A stretch of 64,000 bases of DNA from Myxococcales bacterium (GTDB lineage: Bacteria > Myxococcota > Myxococcia > Myxococcales > 40CM-4-68-19). The stretch is from positions 5,344 to 69,343 of the forward strand of contig DATBZA010000033.1 of assembly GCA_036513415.1 (NCBI GenBank), written 5' to 3'. The notes below the pieces were generated by a model. It worked only from the letters and a program-made list of their open reading frames with translations. It was not told where the DNA came from and did no database searches. This document shows positions 18,655-29,004 of the stretch, one piece after another (positions within the stretch are counted from its first letter, which is position 1; each line of letters starts with the position of its first letter). Both the position numbers and the translations under genes were made by a program.

Positions 18655-19373
18655 TGATGCACCGGACCAACCCGCACTGGGAGGCAGGCGCCGCTCCCAG
18701 CCTGGAGCTGATCGCCCGCGTCGGGAAGTTGATGGGGGCCATGGCCGAGGCCCGCGTGCTGGTCGGAGCTGAAGGCCTCCGGGCGAGCTCGCAGGGCGTG
18801 CGCCTCCAGTTCTCCGGCGGCAAGCGCACCGTCACCGAGGGGCCCTTCAGCGCGTCGAACGAGTTGCCTGCGGGTTTCGCGATTCTCCGGGTGGAGTCGA
18901 TCGAGGAAGCGATCGAATGGGCGACGCGTTTTGCCAACGTGATGGGTAACGTCGAGATCGACATCCGGCCGGTGATGGAACCGTGGGACCTCGGCTTCTC
19001 GCCGAAACCGGCAGGACTGACGACGCGGCGGTTCATGGCACTGCACAAGGCCGACGCGGCCTCCGAGGGCGGCGTCGCGCCCACGCCGAAGCAGATGGCC
19101 GAGATGGGGCGCTTGATCGAGGAGCTGACCAGGGCCGGCGTGCTGGTCACGACCGAGGGTCTCCAGCCGAGCTCGAAGGGCGTACGGTTCAAGTTCGCCG
19201 GCGGCAAGCACACCGTGACCGACGGGCCGTTCACCGAGTCGAAGGAGCTGATCGCCGGCTACGTGATCCTCGAGGCGCGATCGCTGCAGGACGCGATGGA
19301 ATGGGCGCCGCGCTACGGAGCCGCGGTGGGCTGCCCCGAGCTCGACCTCCGTCCGCTGGCCGAGAAGTCCTGA
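18642..19373 (+). CDS. tandem-domain YciI/DGPF protein
   Basis: Two repeats: TEGPFSASNELPAGF and TDGPFTESKELIAGY. Confidence 0.88.
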   Translation: MRVMMMHRTNPHWEAGAAPSLELIARVGKLMGAMAEARVLVGAEGLRASSQGVRLQFSGGKRTVTEGPFSASNELPAGFAILRVESIEEAIEWATRFANVMGNVEIDIRPVMEPWDLGFSPKPAGLTTRRFMALHKADAASEGGVAPTPKQMAEMGRLIEELTRAGVLVTTEGLQPSSKGVRFKFAGGKHTVTDGPFTESKELIAGYVILEARSLQDAMEWAPRYGAAVGCPELDLRPLAEKS

Positions 19374-19563
19374 CCGCTGGAAACCCCGCCCTGACGCTGC
19401 CCCTGCGGCCGATTCCGCCTGCGTAGCGTCAGCACGATAGGTGAGCTATTCAGGCTCTGACCTGCTGCGGCGAGAGCGCCCGATCGGCTCAGGACGCATC
19501 GACATCGTGCCCGGTGCATCTGCACAGAGCACCTCGCCGAAAACGCAACGCGGAGGAGTACCC

Positions 19564-20577
19564 ATGCCGAAGATGATGAGGGCCGTCCAGGTATCGAAGC
19601 CGGGTGGCGCATTCGAACCGGTTGAGCGCGAATTGCCGGAGCCCACGCCGGGGCAAATCCGCATCCAGGTAGAGGCATGCGGAATCTGTCACAGCGACGC
19701 GCTCGTGAAGTTCGGCGCCTATCCAGGCCTCTCGTATCCGCGCGTTCCGGGCCACGAGATCGCCGGCCGGGTCGAGAAAGTCGGCGCCAACGTGACCGAG
19801 TGGAAGAAGGGCGACCGGGTAGGCGTCGGCTGGCACGGCGGCCATTGCTTCGTCTGCAACGCCTGCCGCAAGGGCCTCTTCATCAACTGCGAACGCCAGC
19901 AGATCACCGGCATCAGCTACGACGGCGGCTACGCCGAGTACGTCGTCGTCCCGCACGAAGCCGCCGCGCGCATTCCCGAGAATCTGGACGCCGCCGAAGC
20001 CGCGCCGCTGCTCTGCGCCGGAATCACCACCTACAACGCGCTCCGCAACAGCGGTGCGCGCTCGGGCGACACCGTGGCGGTCCAAGGCATCGGCGGCCTC
20101 GGCCACCTTGGCATCCAGTTCGCGGCACGCATGGGCTTCCGGACCATCGCCATCTCGCGCGGCGCGGACAAGAGGGAGCTCGCTCAGGAGCTCGGCGCGC
20201 AGGAGTACGTCGACACGCAGAAGGTCAGCGCCGCCGAAGGGCTGCAAAAGCTTGGGGGAGCCGATCTCGTCCTGGCGACGGCGCCGAACAGCGAGGCCAT
20301 CGCGAGCACCGTCGACGGCCTGAAGCCTCGCGGCAAGCTTCTCATCGTCGCCGCAGCGGTAGAGCCGCTGAAGGTCTCCGGTTTGACCCTGCTCAGCGGG
20401 AAGAGTGTCGCGGGATGGCCCAGCGGCAGCGCGATCGATTCCGAGGAGGCCGTCGCCTTCAGCGTCCTCACTGGCGTCCGCCCGCGCGTCGAGGTCTTCA
20501 AGCTCGATCAGGCGGAGCAAGCCTTCACGAAGATGATGGAAAACCGCGTCCGGTTCCGGGCGGTGCTCACGCCCTGA
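19564..20577 (+). CDS. Zn-dependent alcohol dehydrogenase
   Basis: CGICHSD, GHE, CxxCxxC...C, GIGGLG. Confidence 0.95.
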   Translation: MPKMMRAVQVSKPGGAFEPVERELPEPTPGQIRIQVEACGICHSDALVKFGAYPGLSYPRVPGHEIAGRVEKVGANVTEWKKGDRVGVGWHGGHCFVCNACRKGLFINCERQQITGISYDGGYAEYVVVPHEAAARIPENLDAAEAAPLLCAGITTYNALRNSGARSGDTVAVQGIGGLGHLGIQFAARMGFRTIAISRGADKRELAQELGAQEYVDTQKVSAAEGLQKLGGADLVLATAPNSEAIASTVDGLKPRGKLLIVAAAVEPLKVSGLTLLSGKSVAGWPSGSAIDSEEAVAFSVLTGVRPRVEVFKLDQAEQAFTKMMENRVRFRAVLTP

Positions 20578-20583
20578 CCTCTG

Positions 20584-21498
20584 TCAGAGAAATTTCGTCA
20601 GCGCATCCATCGTCTCCTGAGGATTTTCCTCCATCATCCAGTGGCCGGTGTTCTCGAGGACGACGACCGCCGCGTCCGCAGCGACGATCTTCGCTTGCTC
20701 GCCCAGCGCCGTTCCGTTTGCCTTCGCGCCGCCCATCGAAAGGACCGGCATGGTCAGCTTCGTCCGGGAGAGGTCCTCGAAATCCTTTGCCGCCTTCTGG
20801 AACGAAACGAAATACGCCCATCCCGCGCGCATCCGTCCCGGACGGGCGTAAGCCTTCGCGTAAGCGACGCGATCGGCCTCTGGAATCGAATGCGTCTTGT
20901 CGGCTGCGAAGTCATTCCAGAGACTCTCGAAGTACGTCCGCTCACGGCCCTTCACCAATGCTTCTGGCGTCGGGCCGTTGAACCGGAAATGCCAGAGATT
21001 GGGGTGGTTGTAGATGGCCTCCCAGCCGGCCACGCCGGGAAGAAAGGCATCCATCAAGACCAGCTTTTCCGTCTCTGCGGGAAACTGCGCCGCGTAGGCG
21101 TACGCCACCATCAGGCCGATGTCGTGGCCCACCACCCGCGCCTTTTCGATCCCGAGTGACCTGGCGAGCGCATGGATGCGCGCCGCGGCGGTCTTCATGT
21201 CCAGGCCGTCCCGAGGAATCTCCGAATCGCCGATCCCTGGCAGGTCCGGCGCGATCACCGTGAACTTCTCGGCGAGGCGCGGGATGAGTGGCCTCCACAT
21301 GCGCGACGTTTCCGCGTAGCCATGCAACAGGATCACGGGCGGGCCGCTGCCGGACACGAGGTAATGCAGCTTGACCCCGTCAGCCGTCGCTGTGCGTGAT
21401 TCGATGGCGTTCGTCGTCGGTGCCGCATGCGCCTTCCCCAACGAAGAGCAGAGGAGGAGTGCGAACAGACAAGACAGCGCGGGCCGAAGGCTCCTCAT
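20584..21498 (-). CDS. secreted alpha/beta hydrolase (epoxide hydrolase-like)
   Basis: Signal peptide; LLHGY, GHDIG (Asp nucleophile), TGHW. Confidence 0.9.
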   Translation of the reverse strand: MRSLRPALSCLFALLLCSSLGKAHAAPTTNAIESRTATADGVKLHYLVSGSGPPVILLHGYAETSRMWRPLIPRLAEKFTVIAPDLPGIGDSEIPRDGLDMKTAAARIHALARSLGIEKARVVGHDIGLMVAYAYAAQFPAETEKLVLMDAFLPGVAGWEAIYNHPNLWHFRFNGPTPEALVKGRERTYFESLWNDFAADKTHSIPEADRVAYAKAYARPGRMRAGWAYFVSFQKAAKDFEDLSRTKLTMPVLSMGGAKANGTALGEQAKIVAADAAVVVLENTGHWMMEENPQETMDALTKFL

Positions 21499-21632
21499 GG
21501 CGAATCTCCTGACGAAGTGCCGGTCGAAGCGACTGGCTCACGACGAGTGACCCTGGTGGGAGCTCGTTCCGGGACGAGTCCAGAACTGAACAACCGATTC
21601 CCACTCGTCGCAAGGTCTCGCAATTGAACGTC

Positions 21633-23039
21633 TCAATCGCCCGGTGGTCGCTGGAACCCAGGCAGGATCCCCGCCTGCTCCAACTCGCGGGCGATTCTCA
21701 GGAGGCGCATCTCGGACCAGCGCGGTCCAACGATCTCGATGCCAATCGGCAGGCCGTCGTCGTCGAAGCCGGCCGGGACCGTCAGCGCGGGCAGTCCCGT
21801 CATGTTCTGCCTGCCTGGGACGCGAGCCAGCTCCCGGTAATCCACGGTCTTGCCGTCGACCTCGAGAGGAGCGCCGGGCTCGCGGTGGGTGAAGGCGGTC
21901 GTCATCGCCGGCGGCAGGATGAGCCCGTCGAAGTCCTCGAGGAATTCCTCCCAGGCGGCGATGAACCGGTCCCGCCGGTCGAGGGCGTCGAGGTACCACG
22001 CGAGCGTGCGCCGTTCCTCGGGCAGCTCGGCCTGGGGGTCGAACACGCTGACGATGGTCCCGACCAGATCGCCGAACAACCGGTCCAGGGCATCCCAATC
22101 GAGGTCGGGATAGCGCTCCTCGACGCGCGCACCAGCGTCGGAAGCCTGCGCGGCCACCCGCTCGACCTGCCGCCGGATGCTTTTCGCGACCGTGGCGCCG
22201 GGAGGCGTGGGTGCAACCGCCAGATGCAGATCCTCGAGCGGGCGCCGGCGCGAAACCAACGGGACCGGCGGGACGTCGCTGTCGTGCCCATCCGGGCCGG
22301 CGATGAGAGACAACGCGAGCTCCAGATCGCGAAGGTCGCGCGCCATCGGGCCGAGGCAGGACATGATGCGGACCGAGCGCGGCACCCGATGCGGAAGACG
22401 AAAGAAGCCGGTGAGCGGAACGCGGTGCTCCGTCGGCTTGAGGCCATACACCCCGCAGAAGTGCGCCGGCACCCGAATCGAGGCGACGAGGTCCGAGCCG
22501 ACGTCGAGCGGCGTCATTCCCGTGGCCAGCGCGGCGGCTGCTCCACCGCTCGAGCCACCCGGCGTACGTTCCGAGTCCCAGGGATTGGCGGTCCGGCCAA
22601 AGACCGGATTCGTAGTCTGGTGGTCCGCCAGCCAGGACGGCACGTTCGAGTGACCGATGATGATGGCTCCCGACGCCCGCAGGCGGGCCGCCACCGTCCC
22701 GTCCTCGTCCGCCACGCGGTCGAGTTGGACAGTGCCCACGGTCGTTCTAAGGCCGGCGACGTCGTGCGCATCCTTGAGCGTCATCGGAACGCCGTGGAGT
22801 GGGCCGCGGATCTCACCGCGCTTGAGTGCTGCGTCCGCCGCTTTGGCCAGTGTCCGCGCTCGGCCGGCATCGAGAGAGACAACCGCGTTGAGCGTCGGGT
22901 TGTGCTTTTCGATCCGCTCGAGGCAGGCATCCAGCACCTCAACGGCGGTCAACTGCCGCCGTCGCAGCCTGCGTGCCAGCTCGGTTACCGGCAGCCAGCA
23001 AAGCCCGTCGCCCACCTTTTTCCTTTGCATCTGCTCCAT
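21633..23039 (-). CDS. amidase signature family protein
   Basis: PLHGVPMTLKD, TPGGSSGG, GSDLVASIRVPAHFCG; start 23039 or 23030. Confidence 0.92.
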   Translation of the reverse strand: MEQMQRKKVGDGLCWLPVTELARRLRRRQLTAVEVLDACLERIEKHNPTLNAVVSLDAGRARTLAKAADAALKRGEIRGPLHGVPMTLKDAHDVAGLRTTVGTVQLDRVADEDGTVAARLRASGAIIIGHSNVPSWLADHQTTNPVFGRTANPWDSERTPGGSSGGAAAALATGMTPLDVGSDLVASIRVPAHFCGVYGLKPTEHRVPLTGFFRLPHRVPRSVRIMSCLGPMARDLRDLELALSLIAGPDGHDSDVPPVPLVSRRRPLEDLHLAVAPTPPGATVAKSIRRQVERVAAQASDAGARVEERYPDLDWDALDRLFGDLVGTIVSVFDPQAELPEERRTLAWYLDALDRRDRFIAAWEEFLEDFDGLILPPAMTTAFTHREPGAPLEVDGKTVDYRELARVPGRQNMTGLPALTVPAGFDDDGLPIGIEIVGPRWSEMRLLRIARELEQAGILPGFQRPPGD

Positions 23040-23158
23040 CCTCCCACGTCCGGTAGCGGCTGAACCCAACGCCAGACATCCGCTCGATCGCACGCCGACC
23101 GCACGCGGCGGCACAACGGCCATTGACAGGCGGATGATCGCATTCATGATGGCGCAGC

Positions 23159-24166
23159 ATGAGCGAGGCCCGCGCGCGCATCCGATCCTGGGCCGTTGTC
23201 GCAGCCTCGCTCGGTGGAGCGGCGGCGCTGCACGCCATCGTCCGGCCTTCGCTCGAGATGGTGCCGTTCATGCTCTTCCACGGTGCCAACTTCATCAGCG
23301 CCTGGTACGGCGGGCTTTTGCCAGGACTCGTCTGCACGGTCTCCGGCGCGGCGATCGTGAACGTCCTCTTCCTCGATCCACCCGGGGTCGCGACACTGTC
23401 GCTGCCTGCCCTCATCGCCACGGGGGTATTCGTCGCGATAGGCGTGGGCTTCAGCATTCTTTGCCATTCGAGGCTGCTCGCTCTGCGCGCAGCCGACGAA
23501 GCTCGCGTCGTGCGCGAGAACTTCCTCAGCGCCGCGGCGCACGAGCTCCGGACCCCGCTCACCACGCTGCGACTTCGTCTCCAGCGGCTGCGAGGTCGGT
23601 TTGGGCCGGCGGAAGAGGACGATCTAGGCGCTGCACTGCGCCAAATCTTGCGCATAGACGGGCTGATCCATCAGTTTCTCGACGCCATCCACTTGCAGCA
23701 GGCTCGCATCGAGTTGGACCGAAGGGCCGTCGACCTGGGCGCGCTGGCGCGGGAGGTGGGAGATCGCCTCGCTCCATCGGTCGTCCCAGCGCTGGAGGTG
23801 GAGGCGTATACGCCAGTGGTGGGGCGCTGGGACCCTGCCCGCCTCGAGCTTGTCATCGCCCACCTGCTTCTCAACGCGTTCAAGTTCGGCCGAGGAAGGC
23901 CGGTACACGTCCGGGTCGAGCGCGATGGGGACCTCGCGCTCCTGTCCGTGCAGGACGAAGGCATCGGCATCGCGCGCGAGGACCAGGAACGGATTTTCCG
24001 CCGGTTCGAGCGGGCCGTCGGAGTCAGGCAGTATGGCGGGCTAGGTCTTGGGCTGTGGATCGCCAGCGAATTCGTGCAGGCGCACGGGGGCACGATCCGG
24101 GTCGAGAGCGCAGCGGGCAAAGGCTCCATCTTCACCGTCGAGCTCCCGATTGAACCTGTCCATTGA
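23159..24166 (+). CDS. sensor histidine kinase with DUF4118-like TM N-terminus
   Basis: AAHELRTPLT H-box, NAFKF, DEGIGI, GLGLGL. Confidence 0.92.
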   Translation: MSEARARIRSWAVVAASLGGAAALHAIVRPSLEMVPFMLFHGANFISAWYGGLLPGLVCTVSGAAIVNVLFLDPPGVATLSLPALIATGVFVAIGVGFSILCHSRLLALRAADEARVVRENFLSAAAHELRTPLTTLRLRLQRLRGRFGPAEEDDLGAALRQILRIDGLIHQFLDAIHLQQARIELDRRAVDLGALAREVGDRLAPSVVPALEVEAYTPVVGRWDPARLELVIAHLLLNAFKFGRGRPVHVRVERDGDLALLSVQDEGIGIAREDQERIFRRFERAVGVRQYGGLGLGLWIASEFVQAHGGTIRVESAAGKGSIFTVELPIEPVH

Positions 24167-24179
24167 TTCGGGGGAGCGC

Positions 24180-25232
24180 ATGGCACAACAGCTGGCTGTG
24201 GAGATCACCAAGGCAGGCAGACCTGGGCACGCGGCGACGTCGAATCCTGCCGAGACGCTGATGCAAATCGCCGGGGGCTGGTTGTTGCCGCGGAGCCTGC
24301 ACCTCATCGCCGACCTCGGCGTCGCTGACGCGCTCGACGAGAGTCCGCGTTCCGCCGCGGACCTGGCCGCGGAGACCGGCGCACACCCGCAGGCTCTCGC
24401 GCGCACGCTCCGCCTTCTCTCGGCGTACGGCGTGTTCGCGACGCGGGGCGGCATGGTCTCGCACACCGCGAGCTCGCGACTGTTGCGCTCGGACCATCCA
24501 CAGTCGCTGCGCCCGTTCGCGCGGATGCTCGGACTGCCGATCAACCTCGAGGCCTACCGTTTGTTCGGGGATACGCTGCGCACCGGGCGCCCCGCCATCG
24601 AGCAGGTGGTGCAGCCGAACGGGATCTTCGCCTATCTCGCTGGCCGTCCCGACGAAGCGCGGATCTTCGGCGAGGCGATGACGGCCAAGGCTCACGCCCA
24701 GGTCGCCGGCGTCCTCGGCGTCTACGACTTCTCCCGCTTCGAGTCCATCGCCGACATCGGCGGCGGGCGCGGTCATCTGCTGCAGGCGGTGCTCGAACGC
24801 GCGCCGAGGGCGAGCGGAGTGCTCTTCGACCTCCCGCACGTCATCGATGACGCCGCCGGGCAGGCATCGGAGCGGCTATCACTGCGAGCGGGTGACTTCT
24901 TCCGCGATCGCCTCCCGTCCTGCGATGCCTACATGCTGATGGACATCATCCACGACTGGGACGACGAGCAGTCGGCGGCCATCCTGAGGGCGGTACGCGC
25001 CGCGGCGCCGGATCACGCCACGCTGCTGCTGCTCGAGACCATCGTGCCAGACGAGACGGGTCCGCACTGGGCGAAGACGCTTGACGTCTTGATGCTCGCC
25101 GTCACCGGTGGCCTGCAGCGCACAGCGCAGGAGTACGAGGTGCTCCTCGCGGCGTCGGGCTTTCACATGAAGCGCGTGATCGACACGCCGACGGGCATCT
25201 CGATCGTCGAGGCGGTGACACAGCCTTCATGA
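24180..25232 (+). CDS. SAM-dependent O-methyltransferase (Methyltransf_2)
   Basis: Dimerisation N-terminus, DIGGGRG, FDLP, GDFF, IIHDWDD. Confidence 0.93.
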   Translation: MAQQLAVEITKAGRPGHAATSNPAETLMQIAGGWLLPRSLHLIADLGVADALDESPRSAADLAAETGAHPQALARTLRLLSAYGVFATRGGMVSHTASSRLLRSDHPQSLRPFARMLGLPINLEAYRLFGDTLRTGRPAIEQVVQPNGIFAYLAGRPDEARIFGEAMTAKAHAQVAGVLGVYDFSRFESIADIGGGRGHLLQAVLERAPRASGVLFDLPHVIDDAAGQASERLSLRAGDFFRDRLPSCDAYMLMDIIHDWDDEQSAAILRAVRAAAPDHATLLLLETIVPDETGPHWAKTLDVLMLAVTGGLQRTAQEYEVLLAASGFHMKRVIDTPTGISIVEAVTQPS

Positions 25233-25624
25233 AGCCAGCGGGCGTCCTCACCTTGGCCTTTGTCGCGTGCGCAGCCCGTAACGACGTGGCCGCTCCTGCT
25301 CGCACCGGGACAGCTCCCGCCGCCGCGGTGGAAGCGCCTGCGCCTTCGAACGACGCCGGCGTCGCCGAGGACGCGCCGTGCGCACGCGATGCCGACTGCG
25401 CTTTGACTCGTGTGGCACAGGGCGCATGCTGCCCGATGCTTTGCCTCCCTCGCGTCGTCACGACGGAGCGCGCTGCGGAGCTGGAGGCGAACACCGTCAG
25501 CTGTACAGGAGGCAAACAGGAATCGTGCCCGCACCCGCTGTGTCGGCCGTCCGCTGCGAGCGTGCAGCCTTCCTGTCAGGGTGGACGCTGCGTGGGTCGG
25601 ACCACATCCACCCCCACCGATTGA
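25229..25624 (+). CDS. Cys-rich putative lipoprotein
   Basis: FVAC lipobox; CARDADC...CCPMLC...CQGGRC; ATGA overlap with the methyltransferase. Confidence 0.7.
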   Translation: MKPAGVLTLAFVACAARNDVAAPARTGTAPAAAVEAPAPSNDAGVAEDAPCARDADCALTRVAQGACCPMLCLPRVVTTERAAELEANTVSCTGGKQESCPHPLCRPSAASVQPSCQGGRCVGRTTSTPTD

Positions 25625-25769
25625 GCAACGACAGGTGTCATCTTCAGCGGGAGCAACCTCGAGACGAGGTTCCGCGCGGCGCTGATCGACAAGGCCGGCG
25701 CCGAGGTCGTTTCGAAGCAGGACTTCGCGATCGGTGACCTGAGCATCGCGCTCTGACGGTCACCCCCGC

Positions 25770-26816
25770 TCAGGGCAGGCTGCCGATGTCGATCACGAAT
25801 CGGTACCGGACGTCATTGCGGAGCATCCGCTCGTAGGCCTCGTTGATCTCCTGGATCGGGATCACCTCGACGTCCGCCGCGACCTCGTGGGCGGCGCAGT
25901 AATCCAGCATCTCCTGCGTCTCGGGGATGCCGCCGATCATGGAGCCGGCGAGCCGCTTGTTTCCCCCGATCAGCGAGGGCGCGGACACAGGCGTCGGCTC
26001 CGGCGGCACGCCCACCAACACCATCGCCGCCTGGGGGCGCAGCATCCCCAGGTACGCATTGTAGTCGTGCGGAGCCGAGACGGTATCGATGATCAAGTCG
26101 AACCGCCCCGCCAGCTTCTTGAACGTCGCCGGCTCCTTGGTCACCTCGAAGCCATGCGCCCCCAACCGCCGCGCATCCGGCTCCTTCGATCGCGACGTGC
26201 TGAGCACCGTCACGTCCGCGCCGAGCGACGCGGCGAGCTTCACGGCCATGTGGCCGAGTCCGCCCAGCCCGACCACGCCCACGCGATCGCCTTTCTTGGT
26301 CTTCCACTGCCGAAGCGGGGAGTACGTGGTGATGCCGGCGCAGAGCAGCGGAGCGGCGCGCGCCGGATCCAGCGCAGCCGGGACCTTCAGCACATAAGGC
26401 TCCGCCACGACGATCTCCCGCGAGTACCCGCCGTACGTGGGAGTCTTCCGGTCCATCTCCGTGCTGTTGTAGGTGAACGCCGCGCCCTTCTCGCAGAATT
26501 GCTCGAGGCCAGACCGGCACGGCGCGCACTGGCGGCACGAATCCACGAAGCATCCCACGCCCGCGAACTCGCCCGGCTTGAATTTCGTCACCTGCTTGCC
26601 GACCTGCCTGACGCGGCCGATGATTTCGTGCCCTGGCACCATCGGAAAGGTTTCGCCACCCCACTCGGCTCGGACCTGGTGGAGGTCGCTGTGACAGACG
26701 CCGCAGAAGAGGATGTCGATGTGCACGTCGCCGGGGCCGGGCTGACGGCGATCGATCGTGTACGGCCCGACCGGTTTCCTGGCGGCCGGGGCGGCGTACG
26801 CGGAGGTCTTCGGCAT
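25770..26816 (-). CDS. NAD(P)-dependent alcohol dehydrogenase (CAD/YahK-like)
   Basis: [38 protein letters not shown]. Confidence 0.95.
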   Translation of the reverse strand: MPKTSAYAAPAARKPVGPYTIDRRQPGPGDVHIDILFCGVCHSDLHQVRAEWGGETFPMVPGHEIIGRVRQVGKQVTKFKPGEFAGVGCFVDSCRQCAPCRSGLEQFCEKGAAFTYNSTEMDRKTPTYGGYSREIVVAEPYVLKVPAALDPARAAPLLCAGITTYSPLRQWKTKKGDRVGVVGLGGLGHMAVKLAASLGADVTVLSTSRSKEPDARRLGAHGFEVTKEPATFKKLAGRFDLIIDTVSAPHDYNAYLGMLRPQAAMVLVGVPPEPTPVSAPSLIGGNKRLAGSMIGGIPETQEMLDYCAAHEVAADVEVIPIQEINEAYERMLRNDVRYRFVIDIGSLP

Positions 26817-27037
26817 GTGAATCTCCTTTATCTCCATGGATGTCCGTCCGGCTTGCGCGATGCGCAAAAGATTCCCGACAGACCCCCGGGGCTTGCGCCC
26901 CAACTCGCCGACAGGGTAATGCACAGCGGAATCGTTGTGTCTACAGCAGGCTCCCGGCGAGCGGCGCCGTCCAGCTCGGAAACGTTTTTGTGTCCCGAGC
27001 TGGCTCCGCCTGCCGCCTTCCAGCGGAGGCGTCCCCG

Positions 27038-28003
27038 ATGAACGCGAAGATGCTCCTGAAACTCTCCCTGCTCTGCGCGGCATTCCCCGCGCTCGGCGCT
27101 GACCAAATCGTCGTCGGCCTCATCACCAAGACCGAGACCAACCCCTTCTTCGTGAAGATGAAGGAGGGCGCCCAGGCGGCCGCGAAGAAGGACGGCGCCA
27201 AGCTCATGACCGGCGCCGGCAAGTTCGACGGCGACAACGCCAGCCAGGTGACGGCCATCGAGAACATGATGTCCGGCGGCGCCAAGGCCATCCTGATCAC
27301 GCCGAGCGACACCAAGGCGATCGTCCCCGCCGTGAAGAAGGCGCGCAGCGCTGGAGTGCTGGTGATCGCCCTGGACACGCCGACCGAGCCCCAGGACGCC
27401 ACCGACGCCCTCTTCGCCACCGACAACTTCAAGGCGGGGGTGCTCATCGGCGAGTACGCGAAGGCCGCCATGGCCGGCAAGCCGGCCAAGATCGCGACGC
27501 TCGACCTGGCTCCCGGCATCACCGTCGGCCAGCTTCGCCACGACGGCTTCCTCAAGGGCTACGGCATCCAGGAGGGCGACCCCCAGATCGTCTGCAGCCA
27601 GGACACCCGCGGCGATCAGGCGAAGGGGCAGACCGCGATGGAGAACTGCCTGCAGAAGGCCCCCGACATCAACCTCGTCTACACCATCAACGAGCCCGCA
27701 GCGGCGGGCGCGTACCAGGCGCTCAAGTCGGCAGGCAAGGCCAAGGGCGTCCTGATCGTCTCGGTGGACGGCGGCTGCGTGGGCGTGAAGAACGTGAAGT
27801 CCGGCCACCTCGCCGCGACCTCGCAGCAGTACCCGCTCAAGATGGCCGTCATGGGCGTCGATGCGGGGGTCGAGTACGCGAAGACCGGAAAGAAGGCGTC
27901 CGGCTACACCGACACCGGCGTTACGCTCATCACCGACAAGCCCATGTCCGGCGTAGACAGCAAGGACACGAAGTTCGGAACCGCGAACTGCTGGGGCAAG
28001 TGA
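27038..28003 (+). CDS. frcB: sugar (fructose-type) ABC transporter substrate-binding protein
   Basis: [38 protein letters not shown]; operon ends in a PfkB kinase. Confidence 0.85.
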   Translation: MNAKMLLKLSLLCAAFPALGADQIVVGLITKTETNPFFVKMKEGAQAAAKKDGAKLMTGAGKFDGDNASQVTAIENMMSGGAKAILITPSDTKAIVPAVKKARSAGVLVIALDTPTEPQDATDALFATDNFKAGVLIGEYAKAAMAGKPAKIATLDLAPGITVGQLRHDGFLKGYGIQEGDPQIVCSQDTRGDQAKGQTAMENCLQKAPDINLVYTINEPAAAGAYQALKSAGKAKGVLIVSVDGGCVGVKNVKSGHLAATSQQYPLKMAVMGVDAGVEYAKTGKKASGYTDTGVTLITDKPMSGVDSKDTKFGTANCWGK

Positions 28004-28010
28004 TCGCGCC

Positions 28011-29000
28011 GTGATCCCCGATGTCGCCACCGCTCCGCCGGCCCGCGGCAGGCTCCTCGAGCGCCTGCCGCCGGTCGCCACCCTCGGCCCGCTGGTGGCG
28101 CTGTTCCTCGCCTGCGCCTTCTTCGCATCGCAGAGCGACCGGTTCCTGAGCGGCTCCAACTTCTCGCTCATCCTCCAACAAGTGATGGTGGTGGGGGTGG
28201 TGGCGATCGGGCAGACCCTGGTCATCCTCACTGCCGGAATCGATCTCTCCTGCGGCATGCTGATGGCGCTGGGATCGATCGTGATGACCAAGCTCGCGGT
28301 GGACTACGAGATGAGCCCGCTCCTCGCGATCCTCTGCGGGCTGATGGCGAGCACGGCCTTCGGCTTCCTCAATGGCGCGCTCATCACCCGGGTGAAGCTG
28401 CCGGCGTTCATCGTGACGCTCGGCACGCTCAACATCGCCTTCGCGATCACCCAGATCTACTCGAAGTCGCAGACCGTCTCGGGCCTGCCCGAGGCACTCG
28501 AGTTCTTTGGCCGGACCTTCAGCATCGGCGAGACCGCGGTCACCTACGGCACGGTCTTGATGATCGTCATGTACCTCATCACCTGGTTCATCCTGCGCGA
28601 CACCGCGCCGGGGCGGCACATCTACGCGCTCGGCAACAACGCCGAGGCGACGCGGCTGATGGGGATCGACACCCGGCGGATGCTGCTTTGCATCTACACG
28701 ATCGCCGGCCTCCTCTACGGCGTGGCCGGGCTCTTGCTCGTGGCCCGCACCGGCGTCGGCGACCCGCAGGCGGGCCAGACCGACAACCTCGACAGCATCA
28801 CCGCCGTGGTCCTCGGCGGCACCAGCCTCTTCGGCGGTCGGGGCAGCATCCTCGGGACGCTCCTGGGCGCCCTCATCGTCGGCGTGTTCCGGAACGGCCT
28901 GACGCTGATGGGCGTGGCCTCCGTCTACCAGATCCTCATCACCGGCATCCTGGTGATCCTCGCAGTCACCACCGACCAACTTTCACGGCGCAAGGGGTAG
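28011..29000 (+). CDS. frcC: sugar (fructose-type) ABC transporter permease
   Basis: GQTLVILTAGIDLS, NLDSITAVVLGGTSLFGG. Confidence 0.85.
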   Translation: MIPDVATAPPARGRLLERLPPVATLGPLVALFLACAFFASQSDRFLSGSNFSLILQQVMVVGVVAIGQTLVILTAGIDLSCGMLMALGSIVMTKLAVDYEMSPLLAILCGLMASTAFGFLNGALITRVKLPAFIVTLGTLNIAFAITQIYSKSQTVSGLPEALEFFGRTFSIGETAVTYGTVLMIVMYLITWFILRDTAPGRHIYALGNNAEATRLMGIDTRRMLLCIYTIAGLLYGVAGLLLVARTGVGDPQAGQTDNLDSITAVVLGGTSLFGGRGSILGTLLGALIVGVFRNGLTLMGVASVYQILITGILVILAVTTDQLSRRKG

Positions 29001-29004
29001 AGCG

